Notes: generated from the sequence alone by a model not told the origin. A DNA stretch of 64,000 nucleotides from Trueperaceae bacterium (GCA_965213925.1 OZ243927.1:4256001-4320000); one strand, 5' to 3'; shown: positions 20,497-30,992, numbered from the stretch's first letter. Translations and numbers: made by a program.

Positions 20497-21339
20497 CTAC
20501 AAATTCCAAAATTGGAGCTTGACCTCTTCACCTAAGCTCTTTGCCGCAAAGGTCGAGAGCCCGTCGCGGTCAGGCGGCTCTAAGTAGTAGCGGAAATTAT
20601 TCAGGTAGCGCTGAATGACGAGAGGCGACAACCCAAGGTGGTCGGCTTCGGCTGCTGCAACAGCGGCAAGCTGACCGAGCCCAACCTCTCTCACGCGGCG
20701 CAGCTCTGACACGAGCTTTTCCGAGGGCGGATTATCTTTGCGCGACGCCCACACCGCAAAGGTAAAAGGCAAGCGCGTAAGCGCGTACCAGGCTTCGCCT
20801 AAGTCGGTGACAAGGGGTCTCCTGCCGCGAATATCTCGAGGCTCCACCGCCTCAATCAGCGCACTATCCCCAATAAGCAATGCCGCGTCGCACTGCTCTA
20901 ACATCACGTCCAAATTCGGCTCCATCGGTACGAATTCAGCATTGATGCCCGATTCTTTGAGTAAAACTTTAAGAAGCTGCACACTCGTCGCGGAGTCTGT
21001 GGTTAAAGCGATGCGCTTGCCCGAGAGGTCGTCCCAGGGTTCCCAATGAAAGAGCATCACGCTGTAGACGGGTCCGAGGGTTGAGATGGAGAAATCCGGT
21101 AGGGCTTTGAGTTCGTCGCTATGGCGCAAGAACTCGTAGCTCGAGATAAGCGTCAAATCAATCTCACCGTTTAGGAGCATCCGGTTAAGCTCTGTCGGCA
21201 CGCCGCGCACGAATTCCGCCCCGCGCCAAGGCTCTAAACCCCAATGCAGCGGCGCGACGTTCGTATACGAGACGATGCCCAAGCGCTCCACGGTCTTACT
21301 CGTCTTCTGCGCTTCGGGTAGGAGGTTCGAAAGGTTCAC
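20497..21339 (-). CDS. mqnA: Chorismate dehydratase (futalosine pathway)
   Basis: SYTNVAPL, SATSV, LLIGD, DLGEAW, LPFTFAVW. Confidence 0.9.
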   Translation of the reverse strand: MNLSNLLPEAQKTSKTVERLGIVSYTNVAPLHWGLEPWRGAEFVRGVPTELNRMLLNGEIDLTLISSYEFLRHSDELKALPDFSISTLGPVYSVMLFHWEPWDDLSGKRIALTTDSATSVQLLKVLLKESGINAEFVPMEPNLDVMLEQCDAALLIGDSALIEAVEPRDIRGRRPLVTDLGEAWYALTRLPFTFAVWASRKDNPPSEKLVSELRRVREVGLGQLAAVAAAEADHLGLSPLVIQRYLNNFRYYLEPPDRDGLSTFAAKSLGEEVKLQFWNL

Positions 21340-21719
21340 GCGGCGACCTCTCGGATGATTTCATGTCCTGCGGATTCCAAGATGTGGATGGCGGACTCGA
21401 GAGACTCCGCTTTAACCAAGAGGTAGTCCGTATCGAAGGTTGATAGCGCAAAGATACTGATACCCACTTCGGCAAGAGGTGAGGCGAGTGAGGCTAGAAT
21501 TCCAGTGAGGTGAAACTCTAAGGTTCCCGCTACACGTAAACACCGCCAACCTCTTTCAGCTTGAACCTCTTCTGGTACGTCTGCCGCGTTGCAGATGATA
21601 GAAAGCTCGCTGCCAGTGCGCGTGACGCTTTGAAAATCGCCAGAAATCCATGTGGGAAGCTCGGCGTCGGCAGGTAGGCGGCAGACGGCGAGAGAGGTGG
21701 GGAGAAGCTCGAGGGTCAT
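21336..21719 (-). CDS. ACT-domain protein (CASTOR/ACT_7-like)
   Basis: SVTRT..ELS, GIL, SIFALSTFDTDYLLV. Confidence 0.85.
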   Translation of the reverse strand: MTLELLPTSLAVCRLPADAELPTWISGDFQSVTRTGSELSIICNAADVPEEVQAERGWRCLRVAGTLEFHLTGILASLASPLAEVGISIFALSTFDTDYLLVKAESLESAIHILESAGHEIIREVAA

Positions 21720-21726
21720 AACGAAA

Positions 21727-21856
21727 TGTCACCCTGAACCTTTAGGTGAAGGGTCTCGTCTTTCATTCTCTATCAGAGGAGTCAGCAAGGTCAGAGATTC
21801 TTTCTCTCCACTTCGTGGAGTCTATCCTATAGCTCGCTGTAGGGTTCAGAATGACA
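21727..21856. repeat. TGTCA...TGACA palindromic element (core of family C)
   Basis: tgtcaccctgaa...ttcagaatgaca; homologous cores at 40073-40176 and 61409-61587. Confidence 0.75.
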
Positions 21857-21878
21857 TAGTTCATTATTCACCCAGCGC

Positions 21879-23003
21879 CTAGGCGTGCACCTCTAACTCG
21901 TTATAAAGCGCGTCCCGCTTCACCGGCACTCTGCCCGCATCTTTAATGAGCCGAATCAGCTCCCCTTCGGTCATGCCCGTCTCCGTACTCGCCCCCGAAG
22001 CGTGCGCGATGCGCTCGTCTTTAATCGTCCCGTCGATATCCGAGACGCCCGCCGAGAGGGTCACTTGGGTCAGCTCGGGCGTGATCATAATCCAGTAGCC
22101 TTTGATATGCGGAAAGTTGTCGAGCATGATGCGGGCAACGGCCAAGTTGCGCAGGTCATCTAGTCCGGTGGTGAATTCGCTCTTGTTGAGTTCTTTGGCG
22201 AGCGGGTTGTTGTCGGGCTGGAAGGCTAGAGGGATGAAGGAGAAGAAACCGGGCGACTCGTCTTGGAGTTGGCGGAGGCGAATCATGTGGTCCATGCGGT
22301 CCTCGAGCGTCTCCACATGCCCGTAGAGCATCGTCGCGTTCGTCGGAATGCCGAGTTCGTGCGCGGTGCGGTGCACCTCTAACCAGCCTTCCGCCGTCAC
22401 TTTAGCGCGTGCAATCTTCCGCCTGACCTCTTCGGCGAAGATTTCCGCGCCGCCGCCGGGCATCGCCACGAGCCCGACCTCTTTGAGTTCGGACAAGACC
22501 TCTCTATACGTCTTGCGCGGGCGCGTGATTTTGGTGAAGTGGTGAATCTCAGCCGCCGTCCACGCCTTGACCTGATAGCCGCGCTCGGTGAGCCCGGCGA
22601 CGAGGTCTAGGTAGTAGTCCCACTTGCGCTTGGGGTGATGTCCTGAGGAGATATGGATTTCGGTCAGCTCGGGGTGGTGGTGCTCTTCCATGTACGCCCA
22701 CACGTCCTCTAGGTCCATGTCCCAGACGCCCGCTTCGCCCAACTTGCGCTGGAAGCCGCAGAAGGTGCAGCCGACGTAGCAGATGTTCGTTTGAGAAAGG
22801 CGCAAAGAGTGAACGTAGTAGGCTTTATCGCCCACCCTGCGCTCGCGTACGATGTCGGCTAAACGGGCGAGCGTGGGAAAGTCGTGTGTGTGGAAAAGGG
22901 TCATCCCCTCGTCGAACGTAAGGCGCTTGCCCTCTAAGACCTTGTCGGCTAGGGGCTCGAGCTTAGGGTCGCTGATGTAGAGGTCTTTAAGCGCGGCAAT
23001 CAT
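21879..23003 (-). CDS. mqnE: Aminofutalosine synthase (radical SAM)
   Basis: CYVGCTFC, MPGGGAEIF, NATMLYGH, HIKGYW; TATAAT 7 nt before ATG 23003; mqnA context. Confidence 0.9.
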   Translation of the reverse strand: MIAALKDLYISDPKLEPLADKVLEGKRLTFDEGMTLFHTHDFPTLARLADIVRERRVGDKAYYVHSLRLSQTNICYVGCTFCGFQRKLGEAGVWDMDLEDVWAYMEEHHHPELTEIHISSGHHPKRKWDYYLDLVAGLTERGYQVKAWTAAEIHHFTKITRPRKTYREVLSELKEVGLVAMPGGGAEIFAEEVRRKIARAKVTAEGWLEVHRTAHELGIPTNATMLYGHVETLEDRMDHMIRLRQLQDESPGFFSFIPLAFQPDNNPLAKELNKSEFTTGLDDLRNLAVARIMLDNFPHIKGYWIMITPELTQVTLSAGVSDIDGTIKDERIAHASGASTETGMTEGELIRLIKDAGRVPVKRDALYNELEVHA

Positions 23004-23075
23004 TAACCTCATTATAGTCTTGTGGTGCCAAGTCTGATGGTGCGCAGCTTGCACAACCTTTCACAAATAACGTTA

Positions 23076-23175
23076 TACGGAATTGCACGGTTTACTTATC
23101 CTTACCGAAAGCGTCGGAGCTTACCATCACAGATGGGCACGACATAGTTTGCAAACTATGTCGTGCAACCTCGTA
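23076..23175. mobile_element. MITE family B copy 1
   Basis: TACGGAATTGCA...TGCAACCTCGTA with 3-bp TSD TTA/TTA; homolog at 35842. Confidence 0.8.
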
Positions 23176-23270
23176 TTACTTGAAGTCAACAAATGTACAG
23201 CTCAGCGCTGAGGTGCCAGGGTAAACTCGACAAATCATCACATCGTTTCAACAACTTGAAGGGGTCAAGC

Positions 23271-23933
23271 ATGGTCGAATCATCATTTAAGGAGTCCAAC
23301 ACGCGCACAGCACAACGCGGAGTTTACTGGAGCTTCCTCGTTTTCAACATCATCACTGCTGTCGTTTTCACACTCTGGGTCATCTTCACCAAAGGACGAA
23401 TCGTCTTTGAAACGCCCATCATGCGCTATTTCTTCGAAATGCGCGGAGCCACGCTAACCGTATTTATGGAAGCCGTGAGCTTTATCGGCGGCGTACCGAT
23501 GAGCATTGCCATCGCTGCGGTGGTGCTCCTCTTGCTGTGGCGCTACGCGAAAGACGAACTGCTCTTTTTCTTCGTGAGCTTAGCCGGAGCCTCGGCGATT
23601 TCCGCGACGCTGAAGTTTGCCGTGGGTAGAGAGCGCCCGGGTATGTTTCCGGCGCTGCCCGGTCACTCGTCCTCGACGCCCGCGTATCCGAGCGGTCACG
23701 CGACGAGCGGGATGGCGCTCTATCTGGCGCTCTACTTCATCGTCGATAGAAAATTGCCGCGCTACCGCGTCGCTTTCGCGATTTTTAGCGTGCTGCTCTT
23801 GGCAGGAATTGTGATCTCGAGGCTCTACATCCAGGCGCACTACCCGACGGATATCTTTGGCGGCTTAGCGATGGGGATCGCTTGGGTGATGGCGGTGAAC
23901 TTGTTTTTACCCAGGGACACGGACTCGCACTGA
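23271..23933 (+). CDS. PAP2 family phosphatase
   Basis: K...GRERP, YPSGH, SRLY..AHYPTD. Confidence 0.9.
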   Translation: MVESSFKESNTRTAQRGVYWSFLVFNIITAVVFTLWVIFTKGRIVFETPIMRYFFEMRGATLTVFMEAVSFIGGVPMSIAIAAVVLLLLWRYAKDELLFFFVSLAGASAISATLKFAVGRERPGMFPALPGHSSSTPAYPSGHATSGMALYLALYFIVDRKLPRYRVAFAIFSVLLLAGIVISRLYIQAHYPTDIFGGLAMGIAWVMAVNLFLPRDTDSH

Positions 23934-24011
23934 TGCGCGTCGGAATAGAGCGAACACAGCTCGACCGTCTCGAAATCTGCGGCGGCGACCGGTCGCCGCC
24001 GCCCACAAATG

Positions 24012-24284
24012 CTAGTTCTGTTCGCCGCCCGCCCGTTTTGTAGGCTCCGCAATCGCGCCGTAACGCGCCTCGAATTTGCGCACGTTGTCCTCTAAGCTCC
24101 GCAAGAGCGCTTTGGCGTGCTGCGGGCTGGTGATGATCCGCGAATTCACCGTGGGCGACTGTCCGGGGTAGGCTAAAGCGAAGTCGAGGATGAATTCATC
24201 TTTGGTGTGCGCGATAATTGCGACGTTGGCGTAGCGTCCGAGGGCGGTTTCTTTGTCAACCTCGAGCTTGATCTCTTTTTTCAT
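24012..24284 (-). CDS. DUF3467 family protein
   Basis: YAN..II.H...EFILDFA, SRII.SPQHAK, FE.RYG.I. Confidence 0.85.
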   Translation of the reverse strand: MKKEIKLEVDKETALGRYANVAIIAHTKDEFILDFALAYPGQSPTVNSRIITSPQHAKALLRSLEDNVRKFEARYGAIAEPTKRAGGEQN

Positions 24285-24437
24285 GCTCTAGTCTAGCGCA
24301 GATAGCGAGTACGCTCTGGTTATAGGCACAAGCTATAGGAACGTTGAGCCGTAAAACGCAGCACGGTACCTGCGCCGCTCAACCCTTACGGCGTGCGAGG
24401 AGTCGAGCGCAGCCGCGCCCAATCCAACAAGATAGCT

Positions 24438-25676
24438 TTAGTTTTCACTCCCGCCCGCGCCCTGCTTGTAGCGCTTCGTTAGAGGCGTGGCAGTGACGCC
24501 GTGAAGGATAACGGACGTGAAAATGATAAGGCTTGCCGCTGCCCAAACCCGCTCATGCCCCGTCTCGCGAGCAGCGAGTGTCGCGTAGAAGAGCGCGGCG
24601 ACCCCGATAGGTCCGAACCAGCCGACGAAGAACGTGTCCGCGCGGCTTTGTAGCGGTTTAAGAAGGGGTGCGAGCGCGATGAGGACGGGTGGACGGCGTA
24701 ACAGGAGCACGAGCAGCGCCAGCGCAACCCCGTTCCAGCCCAGCGTGCCCCACGCAGCCCACGGGAGCGCCAGACCGAAAAAGACGAAGACCGGGAAAGA
24801 GGCGAGGCGGTTGACGGCTTCTTGCACGTTCTCCTCTTTGACCTCGTCCTTCTTTTTGACGACGCGGTTGTAGGCGACGCCTGCGGCGAACACCGCCAAA
24901 ATGCCGTCACTATTCATGAGCTTAACCGTGCCGAGCGTAAAGGCGGAGAGCGCCAGGGTTACGATCAGGAGCGAGGTCTCTTCCAGGAACTGCTGGCGCT
25001 GCGACCAGCGTTCGACGCGCCCCGTAACGTGACCGATGAGAAAACCTATGATCACGGCGGCCAAAACTTCCCAGAGGAGCGTCTGGAGGAGCCAAGTACG
25101 CCACGCTTGCCCTGCGGGATGCTCGAGCATGAGCACCGCTAGGAAAACCAGCGGATACGCGCCCCCGTCATTCGCGCCCGCCTCGGCGGTAATGAAGTTG
25201 CGCAGCCGCGCGGGGATGCTCCGCTCCGCAAGGTCGCCCGTCACGATGGTGCCCGCGAGCACCGGGTCGGTCGGCGTGACAACCGCGCCCAAAAGCATCG
25301 CGACCCAGAAGGGGAGCCCGAGCAGCGCATAGGCGAGCAGTCCGCTGACGAGCCACATGCCGAGCATCCCTAGACCGAGAATCACAGTGACCGAACGAAA
25401 GTTGGCGCGAAAGTAACCTTCGGGCAGGCGCAGAGCGCTCGCCATCACCGCGACCCCGACGGCGATGCGGGCGACCTGCTCGAGGATAACTTTTGAGTCG
25501 CCCCAGTTTTCCAGGCGGAGTAGCCCTAAACCTACCGGTCCGATAAGGACGCCTAGAAGCGTCGCCGCGAGGGGACCGGACATAAAGGCGATCTTGTTGA
25601 TGAAAAAGCCCGCTAACAGCCCGAAGAGCAGGGTGAAACCGCCGATAAAGAGGAAGGCGAGGTTAAGCTCGGACAC
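24438..25676 (-). CDS. Cation:proton antiporter (CPA1/NhaP-like)
   Basis: TPTDPV, EAGANDG, WFGP.GVA motifs; many TM segments. Confidence 0.9.
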   Translation of the reverse strand: MSELNLAFLFIGGFTLLFGLLAGFFINKIAFMSGPLAATLLGVLIGPVGLGLLRLENWGDSKVILEQVARIAVGVAVMASALRLPEGYFRANFRSVTVILGLGMLGMWLVSGLLAYALLGLPFWVAMLLGAVVTPTDPVLAGTIVTGDLAERSIPARLRNFITAEAGANDGGAYPLVFLAVLMLEHPAGQAWRTWLLQTLLWEVLAAVIIGFLIGHVTGRVERWSQRQQFLEETSLLIVTLALSAFTLGTVKLMNSDGILAVFAAGVAYNRVVKKKDEVKEENVQEAVNRLASFPVFVFFGLALPWAAWGTLGWNGVALALLVLLLRRPPVLIALAPLLKPLQSRADTFFVGWFGPIGVAALFYATLAARETGHERVWAAASLIIFTSVILHGVTATPLTKRYKQGAGGSEN

Positions 25677-25997
25677 GCCGCTATTATATACGCAAAGACC
25701 CTCTGACTAAAAAACGCTCACTAAACAGAACACTGACAAACGCACGCGCTGAACGAATGCCGCTAGCTCTAGCGGGCTGGGCGCAGAACTCGGATTTGGT
25801 ATGACGCTGAACTTGGGTCAGTTCCACGACGTACTGAGACAAATAAGCGCGGGGCTCATCCCTCAACATGTATGTTAAACGGAGTTTTCTATACTAAATG
25901 GGTCTCAAACCAGATGATGCCTGCTAAGTTATGTAGCTGAACACCTACATAGAACGTAAAACCCCCTCGTATCGCGAGAGGGTTTCCAGGGATGTGA

Positions 25998-26235
25998 TAC
26001 CAATTCCGATTGATTCGCTATGTTAGCGAATCAATCCGAGCGAGGGAGTCTTCAACAGCTAGCGGGAGCGGTCCACGCGACTGCGTATCATGCCGTTATT
26101 GACGCGCTGGCTCGATGACCAGATGCTACCTGCTGTCAAAGACTCTTCTGCGAGCAGGAACGAATATACGGATGGAGCGGTATGGACTATCACCGAGGCT
26201 TTTTCTCAGTGATAGGGAATTAAGCGGAATCCGTA
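25998..26235. mobile_element. MITE family A copy 1 (Deinococcus-type repeat)
   Basis: TACCAATTCCG...CGGAATCCGTA with TSD TGA/TGA; inverted homolog at 48742-49006. Confidence 0.85.
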
Positions 26236-26246
26236 TGAGAGGTAAC

Positions 26247-27350
26247 TTAACCTTCGCTACTGTTGCCTTCTGCGTTGCGGTAGACATAGTTCTGGTAGGC
26301 GTACTCGCTGATCCGGTGCCAGTCGCGGATGCCGTCGCGGAAGCCTAAGAAGTTTTGGTAGACCTGTCCGTAGAAGTCGTTGCTGGCAGCAGTCTCTTCA
26401 TGGATGGCGTTCATGGCGTCTTCCAGAGCGACCAAGACCTCGTCGGGGAAGTCGCGGAGCTGCGCGCCCGCCTCGACCAAGCGGTTCAGAGCGGGGCCGT
26501 TCTTCGCGTCGTAGTCAGCGAGCATCTGCAAGTTGGCGCGCCCCGAGGCCTTTTGAATCGCTTGCTGGATGTCGGCGGGTAAGCTCTCGTATTCGCTCAG
26601 GTTGATGTAGGTGGCGAGCGTCGGACCGGGCTCGTGCCAGCCGGGGGCGTAGTAGAACTGCGCGGCGGTGTTGAGCCCTAAAATCTCGTCGTCATAGGGT
26701 CCGATCCACTCGGCGGCGTCAATGACGCCGGTATCGAGCGCTAAGAAAATTTCGCCGCCAGGGATAACTTGAACGTTCGCGCCCGCGCGGGTCATGACTT
26801 GACCACCCAAGCCGGGGATGCGCATGGTCAAGCCTTGCAAGTCGGCGGGCGTGTTGATCTCCTTGTTGAACCAGCCGCCCATCTGCACGCCCGTGTTGCC
26901 TGCCGGGAACGCGATAAGGCCGTCTCTAGCGTTAAGTTCGTTGAACAGGTCCAGCGCGCCGCCCTGATAGAACCAGGCATTTATCTGCTGCGCGTTGAGG
27001 CCAAAAGGCACGGCGGTAAAGAAGGCGTGCGTGGGGTCCTTGCCGACGTAGTAGTACGACGCCGTGTGACCCATTGTGAACGCGCCCGACGAGACCGCGT
27101 CGTAGACCTCTAAGCCGCCGACTTGCGCGCCCGCCGGGTACACCTCGACGGTCACGTCGCCGTCGGTCAGTTCCTCTAAATACGCCGCCGTGTTGGTCGC
27201 GCCCCCGTAGATCGTGTCGAGCGAGGTGGGCCACGACGTGACCATCTCGAAGCTGAACGATGAATTTTGCGCGTTAGCGAACATGAGGGGCGAGAGTGAG
27301 GTGCTAGCAGCGACGACACCCGCTTTCTTTAGAAAATCACGACGTTTCAT
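26247..27350 (-). CDS. TRAP transporter substrate-binding protein (DctP/TakP-like), Tat signal
   Basis: MKRRDFLKK, GNTGVQMGGWF.KEI, MRIPGLGG, EWIGPYDD; GGAGG RBS before ATG 27350. Confidence 0.9.
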   Translation of the reverse strand: MKRRDFLKKAGVVAASTSLSPLMFANAQNSSFSFEMVTSWPTSLDTIYGGATNTAAYLEELTDGDVTVEVYPAGAQVGGLEVYDAVSSGAFTMGHTASYYYVGKDPTHAFFTAVPFGLNAQQINAWFYQGGALDLFNELNARDGLIAFPAGNTGVQMGGWFNKEINTPADLQGLTMRIPGLGGQVMTRAGANVQVIPGGEIFLALDTGVIDAAEWIGPYDDEILGLNTAAQFYYAPGWHEPGPTLATYINLSEYESLPADIQQAIQKASGRANLQMLADYDAKNGPALNRLVEAGAQLRDFPDEVLVALEDAMNAIHEETAASNDFYGQVYQNFLGFRDGIRDWHRISEYAYQNYVYRNAEGNSSEG

Positions 27351-27720
27351 CCTTACCTCCAAAGTTAGGTTGTGCAAGCAGATACCGAACAAAGCTCGAG
27401 CTTGGTTTGAGCCGGTCTGAGAGGTGCGTGCTTACGTGAGCGCACATCCTCGCTACTTGGGATAACTGCTTTTAGAACCGCTCTAGTATACGCGGAATGT
27501 GGATTTAATTACAAGCAAGTCGCGTGGAGAACGCCTTCATGAAATTCTCTTAGCCCTGAAGCGGTGTTTTCAGTGGCGTTTTCCCCAGCAGTGACAATTT
27601 TCACATCCAAATACGTGAATAAAGCGTTACATCTAGTAGAGAAGGTCTATAAATCCCTCGACTATCCCAACCCCCGGAGCGGATTGTTGTCGGCTAAGAC
27701 CTATCATTATAGGAGGCAAC

Positions 27721-28722
27721 ATGGATATTCAGAAACTTCTCGGAGCCAAACTGAACCGCCGCCGTCTGCTCGGCAACTTGGGCATGATGGGCGCGGGCGC
27801 AGTGATTACGGCGTGTGGTGGCGCAGTTGCGCAAGATGACGACCCCGTCGATTACGACGCTGCAATTCTCAACTTCGCGCTGAACTTAGAGTATTTAGAA
27901 GCGGCTTTTTATTTGGCAGCAGTTGGACGCATCGGAGAGATTAACACAGTTGGTGGAGACGCAGAAATCCAACTGCCCGACGGGTTTGACGGCTCGAGCG
28001 CCATTGAGGGGCTCAGCGAGAGCGTACTCGCTTACGCCAACGAAATCGCTAACGAAGAGCTTGCCCACGTCAACTTCTTGCGTGCAGCGCTCGGTGACGC
28101 GGCAGCAACGAGACCCGTTCTCAACCTCAATACCTCATTCCAAGCAGCGGCAACGGCGGCGCTAGCACCTATCCCAGAAGCGGACCGCCCCTTCGCTGGG
28201 GAAGACTTCAATCCCTATGCCAATGAAGTATTCTTCCTACACGGTTCGTTTATCTTCGAAGATGTCGGCGTAAGTGCCTACAAGGGCGCAGCGCGTTTCC
28301 TCACGAGCAAAGATAACTTAGAGGCAGCGGCGGGCATTTTGGCAGCAGAGGCGTACCACTCGGGCGAAATCCGCACCCTACTCTACGCCGCTGACCAAGC
28401 TGACGCTTACGAATTAGGCACAGGCACGATTGCCACTATCGTTCAAGCTATCTCTAACGCAAGAGATTCGCTCGACGGTGAGGGCGAGCAAGATCAAGGG
28501 ATTGCTGACGTTGACATCGCTACAGGCGGCGATGCGAACATTTCAGTGACTGACGCTAATGGTATCGCTTACAGCCGCACGCCTCGTCAAGTGGCTGCTA
28601 TCGTCTACCTCAATGCTGAAGTGACACCCGGTGGGTTCTTTCCGAACGGCATCACCATTCCAGAGGACCTCGCAGACCAGTTCGCAGCCCTACTCGACCC
28701 TACCTTCCCTGATAACCTCTGA
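27721..28722 (+). CDS. Ferritin-like desiccation-related protein with Tat-type signal
   Basis: NRRRLLG, LNFALNLEYLEA.FY, E.AHV, FEDVGV.AYKGAA, EAYH. Confidence 0.85.
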   Translation: MDIQKLLGAKLNRRRLLGNLGMMGAGAVITACGGAVAQDDDPVDYDAAILNFALNLEYLEAAFYLAAVGRIGEINTVGGDAEIQLPDGFDGSSAIEGLSESVLAYANEIANEELAHVNFLRAALGDAAATRPVLNLNTSFQAAATAALAPIPEADRPFAGEDFNPYANEVFFLHGSFIFEDVGVSAYKGAARFLTSKDNLEAAAGILAAEAYHSGEIRTLLYAADQADAYELGTGTIATIVQAISNARDSLDGEGEQDQGIADVDIATGGDANISVTDANGIAYSRTPRQVAAIVYLNAEVTPGGFFPNGITIPEDLADQFAALLDPTFPDNL

Positions 28723-28740
28723 CCCTTAGCGTAGTGAGCA

Positions 28741-28763
28741 GAGGGGTGCACGGCGCACCCCTC
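28741..28763 (+). terminator. Hairpin after the ferritin-like gene
   Basis: gaggggtgc-acggc-gcacccctc. Confidence 0.55.
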
Positions 28764-28852
28764 ACCTATTTAATGAACCCGTCAACAACGCACCGTAACG
28801 TTCGTCCTTAACGAAAGGTGCTAGACTTAATAACAAAACAGGAGGTTTCATC

Positions 28853-29131
28853 ATGCCGAACATAGGTCTACCCGAAATCATCATCATTTTGGTCATCGTG
28901 CTGCTCGTCTTCGGTCCGCGCCGCCTGCCCGAGATGGCCAAAGGTATCGGTCAATCCGTGCGCGAATTCCGCAAGGGTATCCGCGATATGAAAGACGAAG
29001 TCACCAGTGACGACGAGGATAAAAAGCCGAGCAAGGACAGCAATGTGAGCACCGCCAAGAGCGAAGCGGCGGAAACGGATACCTCTTCATCTTCAAAGAC
29101 TACCGAGAAGACCGAAGTTAAGTCTGCTTAA
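28853..29131 (+). CDS. tatA: Twin-arginine translocase TatA/E
   Basis: IG.PEIIIIL..VLLVFGP.RLPE...GIG..VREFRK. Confidence 0.93.
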   Translation: MPNIGLPEIIIILVIVLLVFGPRRLPEMAKGIGQSVREFRKGIRDMKDEVTSDDEDKKPSKDSNVSTAKSEAAETDTSSSSKTTEKTEVKSA

Positions 29132-29194
29132 TTTGTATAACTTCTTCAAAGCACCTCTTTGGTGCGTTGATCTAAACTATGAAGGACTCGTAGC

Positions 29195-29929
29195 GTGACC
29201 TTAATCGAACATTTTGAGGAGCTGCGCACCCGGCTTTTTATTGCGCTAGGAAGCTGGGCTGTCGCGGGCGGGGCGGCGTTCTATTTTCGTGACAACCTGC
29301 TCGAGTGGCTCAAAGCGCCCTTGCCCCCTACTGTGACGCTCAATGCGTTTCGGCTGCTCGAGGCCATCCTCATCAGCATGCAGATCGCGATTTTTTTTGG
29401 GCTCATCTTGGCGGCTCCGGTCATCGTCGGGCAACTCTGGGGCTTTATCGCGCCGGGGCTCTACCCCGAAGAGCGCCGCTGGGCGGTGCCTTTCGTGCTT
29501 GGCACTGCGCTCGCGTTTGCGGGTGGCGTCCTGTTCTCTTACTACGCCATTCTGCCCTTTGCCCTGCCCGTGATTATCGGCTTCTTGCCCGACGAAGTGC
29601 AGCTTATCTTGAGCATCGGCGACTATATTTCTAAAATTATTCTCTATCTAGCAATCTTCGGCTTTATCTTCGAACTGCCCGTGCTGAGTTTTCTCTTGGC
29701 GCGGCTCGGCTTTCTCTACGCGCCGATGCTGAGGCAGTACCGCCGCTACACGTTTGTGGGTTGCTGGGTTGTCGCCGCCGTGATTACGCCGACGCCCGAT
29801 CCTCTCAACCTTGCCCTCGTCGCTGTGCCACTTGTGCTACTCTATGAGGTTAGTATTATCGTCGTACGTCTATCACAGCGGAAGGTGCCCAGTGAACGAG
29901 AAGATTCAGAACTTACGAGACCAAATTGA
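29195..29929 (+). CDS. tatC: Twin-arginine translocase TatC
   Basis: EHFEELR.RL, FIAPGLY..E, FELP, ITPTPDP. Confidence 0.95.
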   Translation: MTLIEHFEELRTRLFIALGSWAVAGGAAFYFRDNLLEWLKAPLPPTVTLNAFRLLEAILISMQIAIFFGLILAAPVIVGQLWGFIAPGLYPEERRWAVPFVLGTALAFAGGVLFSYYAILPFALPVIIGFLPDEVQLILSIGDYISKIILYLAIFGFIFELPVLSFLLARLGFLYAPMLRQYRRYTFVGCWVVAAVITPTPDPLNLALVAVPLVLLYEVSIIVVRLSQRKVPSEREDSELTRPN

Positions 29930-30992
29930 CACGCTCAATTTACAACTTTTAGACCTGCTCTCCAAGCGCGCGGAACTCGCCGAGTCTATCGGCGAGATTC
30001 AGACCGAGCAGGGGTTATCGCACTACGATCCTGTTCGTGAAAAAGAGATGTTGGGGAGGTTGACCCAAGCTAACCGAGGACCCTTTCGCGACGCGACGGT
30101 CAAAGGGCTTTTCAAGTCCATCTTTCAGGCGAGTATGCACTTGGAACAAGAGGCGGACAAGATAAAATTCCTCACCTCGCGTAAGACTAAAGCGGACGAT
30201 ACCGTCGTGCAGGTTGGCGATATTCCGATTGGCAGCGACCACTCGCCCGTACTCATTGCGGGTCCATGCTCCATCGAATCGAAAGAGCAGATGGACGCCA
30301 CCGCAGCGTTTGTCGCAGAGCGCGGCGTGCAGCTCTTTCGCGGCGGCGCGTTCAAGCCGCGCAGCAACCCCTACTCATTCCAAGGTTTGGGCGAAGAGGG
30401 CCTTCGCATCGGGCGCGAAACCTCGGATAAGCACGGGCTCAAGTTCATCTCTGAAATCATGGACGCCTGCGACCTCGCGATGTTCGAAGAATACGCCGAC
30501 GTGATGCAAATAGGCGCGCGCAACATGCAGAACTTCACGCTCCTTAAAGCGGTAGGGCGCTCGAACAAACCCGTCCTCTTGAAGCGCGGTCTTTCGGCGA
30601 CCATCGAAGAGTGGCTCATGGCGGCGGAATACCTCCTCAGCGAGGGTAACAGCAACATCATCCTCTGTGAGCGCGGCATCCGCACCTATGAGACCTATAC
30701 GCGCAACACGCTCGATGTTTCGGCGGTAGCGCTAGCGAAGCTGGAGACCCACCTCCCCGTCATCGTGGACGTGACCCACTCGGGCGGACGCCGCGACCTC
30801 TTGGTCCCGCTGACCAAAGCTGGCTTAGCGACGGGCGCGGACGGCATCATGATCGAGGTGCATCCGAACCCAGCCGTCGCGCTCTCAGATAACAAGCAGC
30901 AGGTGGACTTCGAGGCGTTTGATAGCTATTTAGAAGAGACGGGCTACCACAAAAAGCTGTCGCAGAAGCGCCATGAGGTGTACGGGTTCTGA
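29892..30992 (+). CDS. Bifunctional chorismate mutase / DAHP synthase (type I-beta)
   Basis: N-terminal LRDQID...DPVRE (chorismate mutase); IAGPCSIES, GGAFKPR, IGARNMQNF, LKRG; GTG 29892 overlaps tatC. Confidence 0.93.
   Translation: MNEKIQNLRDQIDTLNLQLLDLLSKRAELAESIGEIQTEQGLSHYDPVREKEMLGRLTQANRGPFRDATVKGLFKSIFQASMHLEQEADKIKFLTSRKTKADDTVVQVGDIPIGSDHSPVLIAGPCSIESKEQMDATAAFVAERGVQLFRGGAFKPRSNPYSFQGLGEEGLRIGRETSDKHGLKFISEIMDACDLAMFEEYADVMQIGARNMQNFTLLKAVGRSNKPVLLKRGLSATIEEWLMAAEYLLSEGNSNIILCERGIRTYETYTRNTLDVSAVALAKLETHLPVIVDVTHSGGRRDLLVPLTKAGLATGADGIMIEVHPNPAVALSDNKQQVDFEAFDSYLEETGYHKKLSQKRHEVYGF

Noticed and set aside
25870..25930. Fluoride riboswitch-like sequence
   Set aside because: P1 is weak and it points away from the antiporter gene.
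28800..28816. RDRM (DdrO) box upstream of tatA
   Set aside because: Palindromic, but several conserved positions mismatch.
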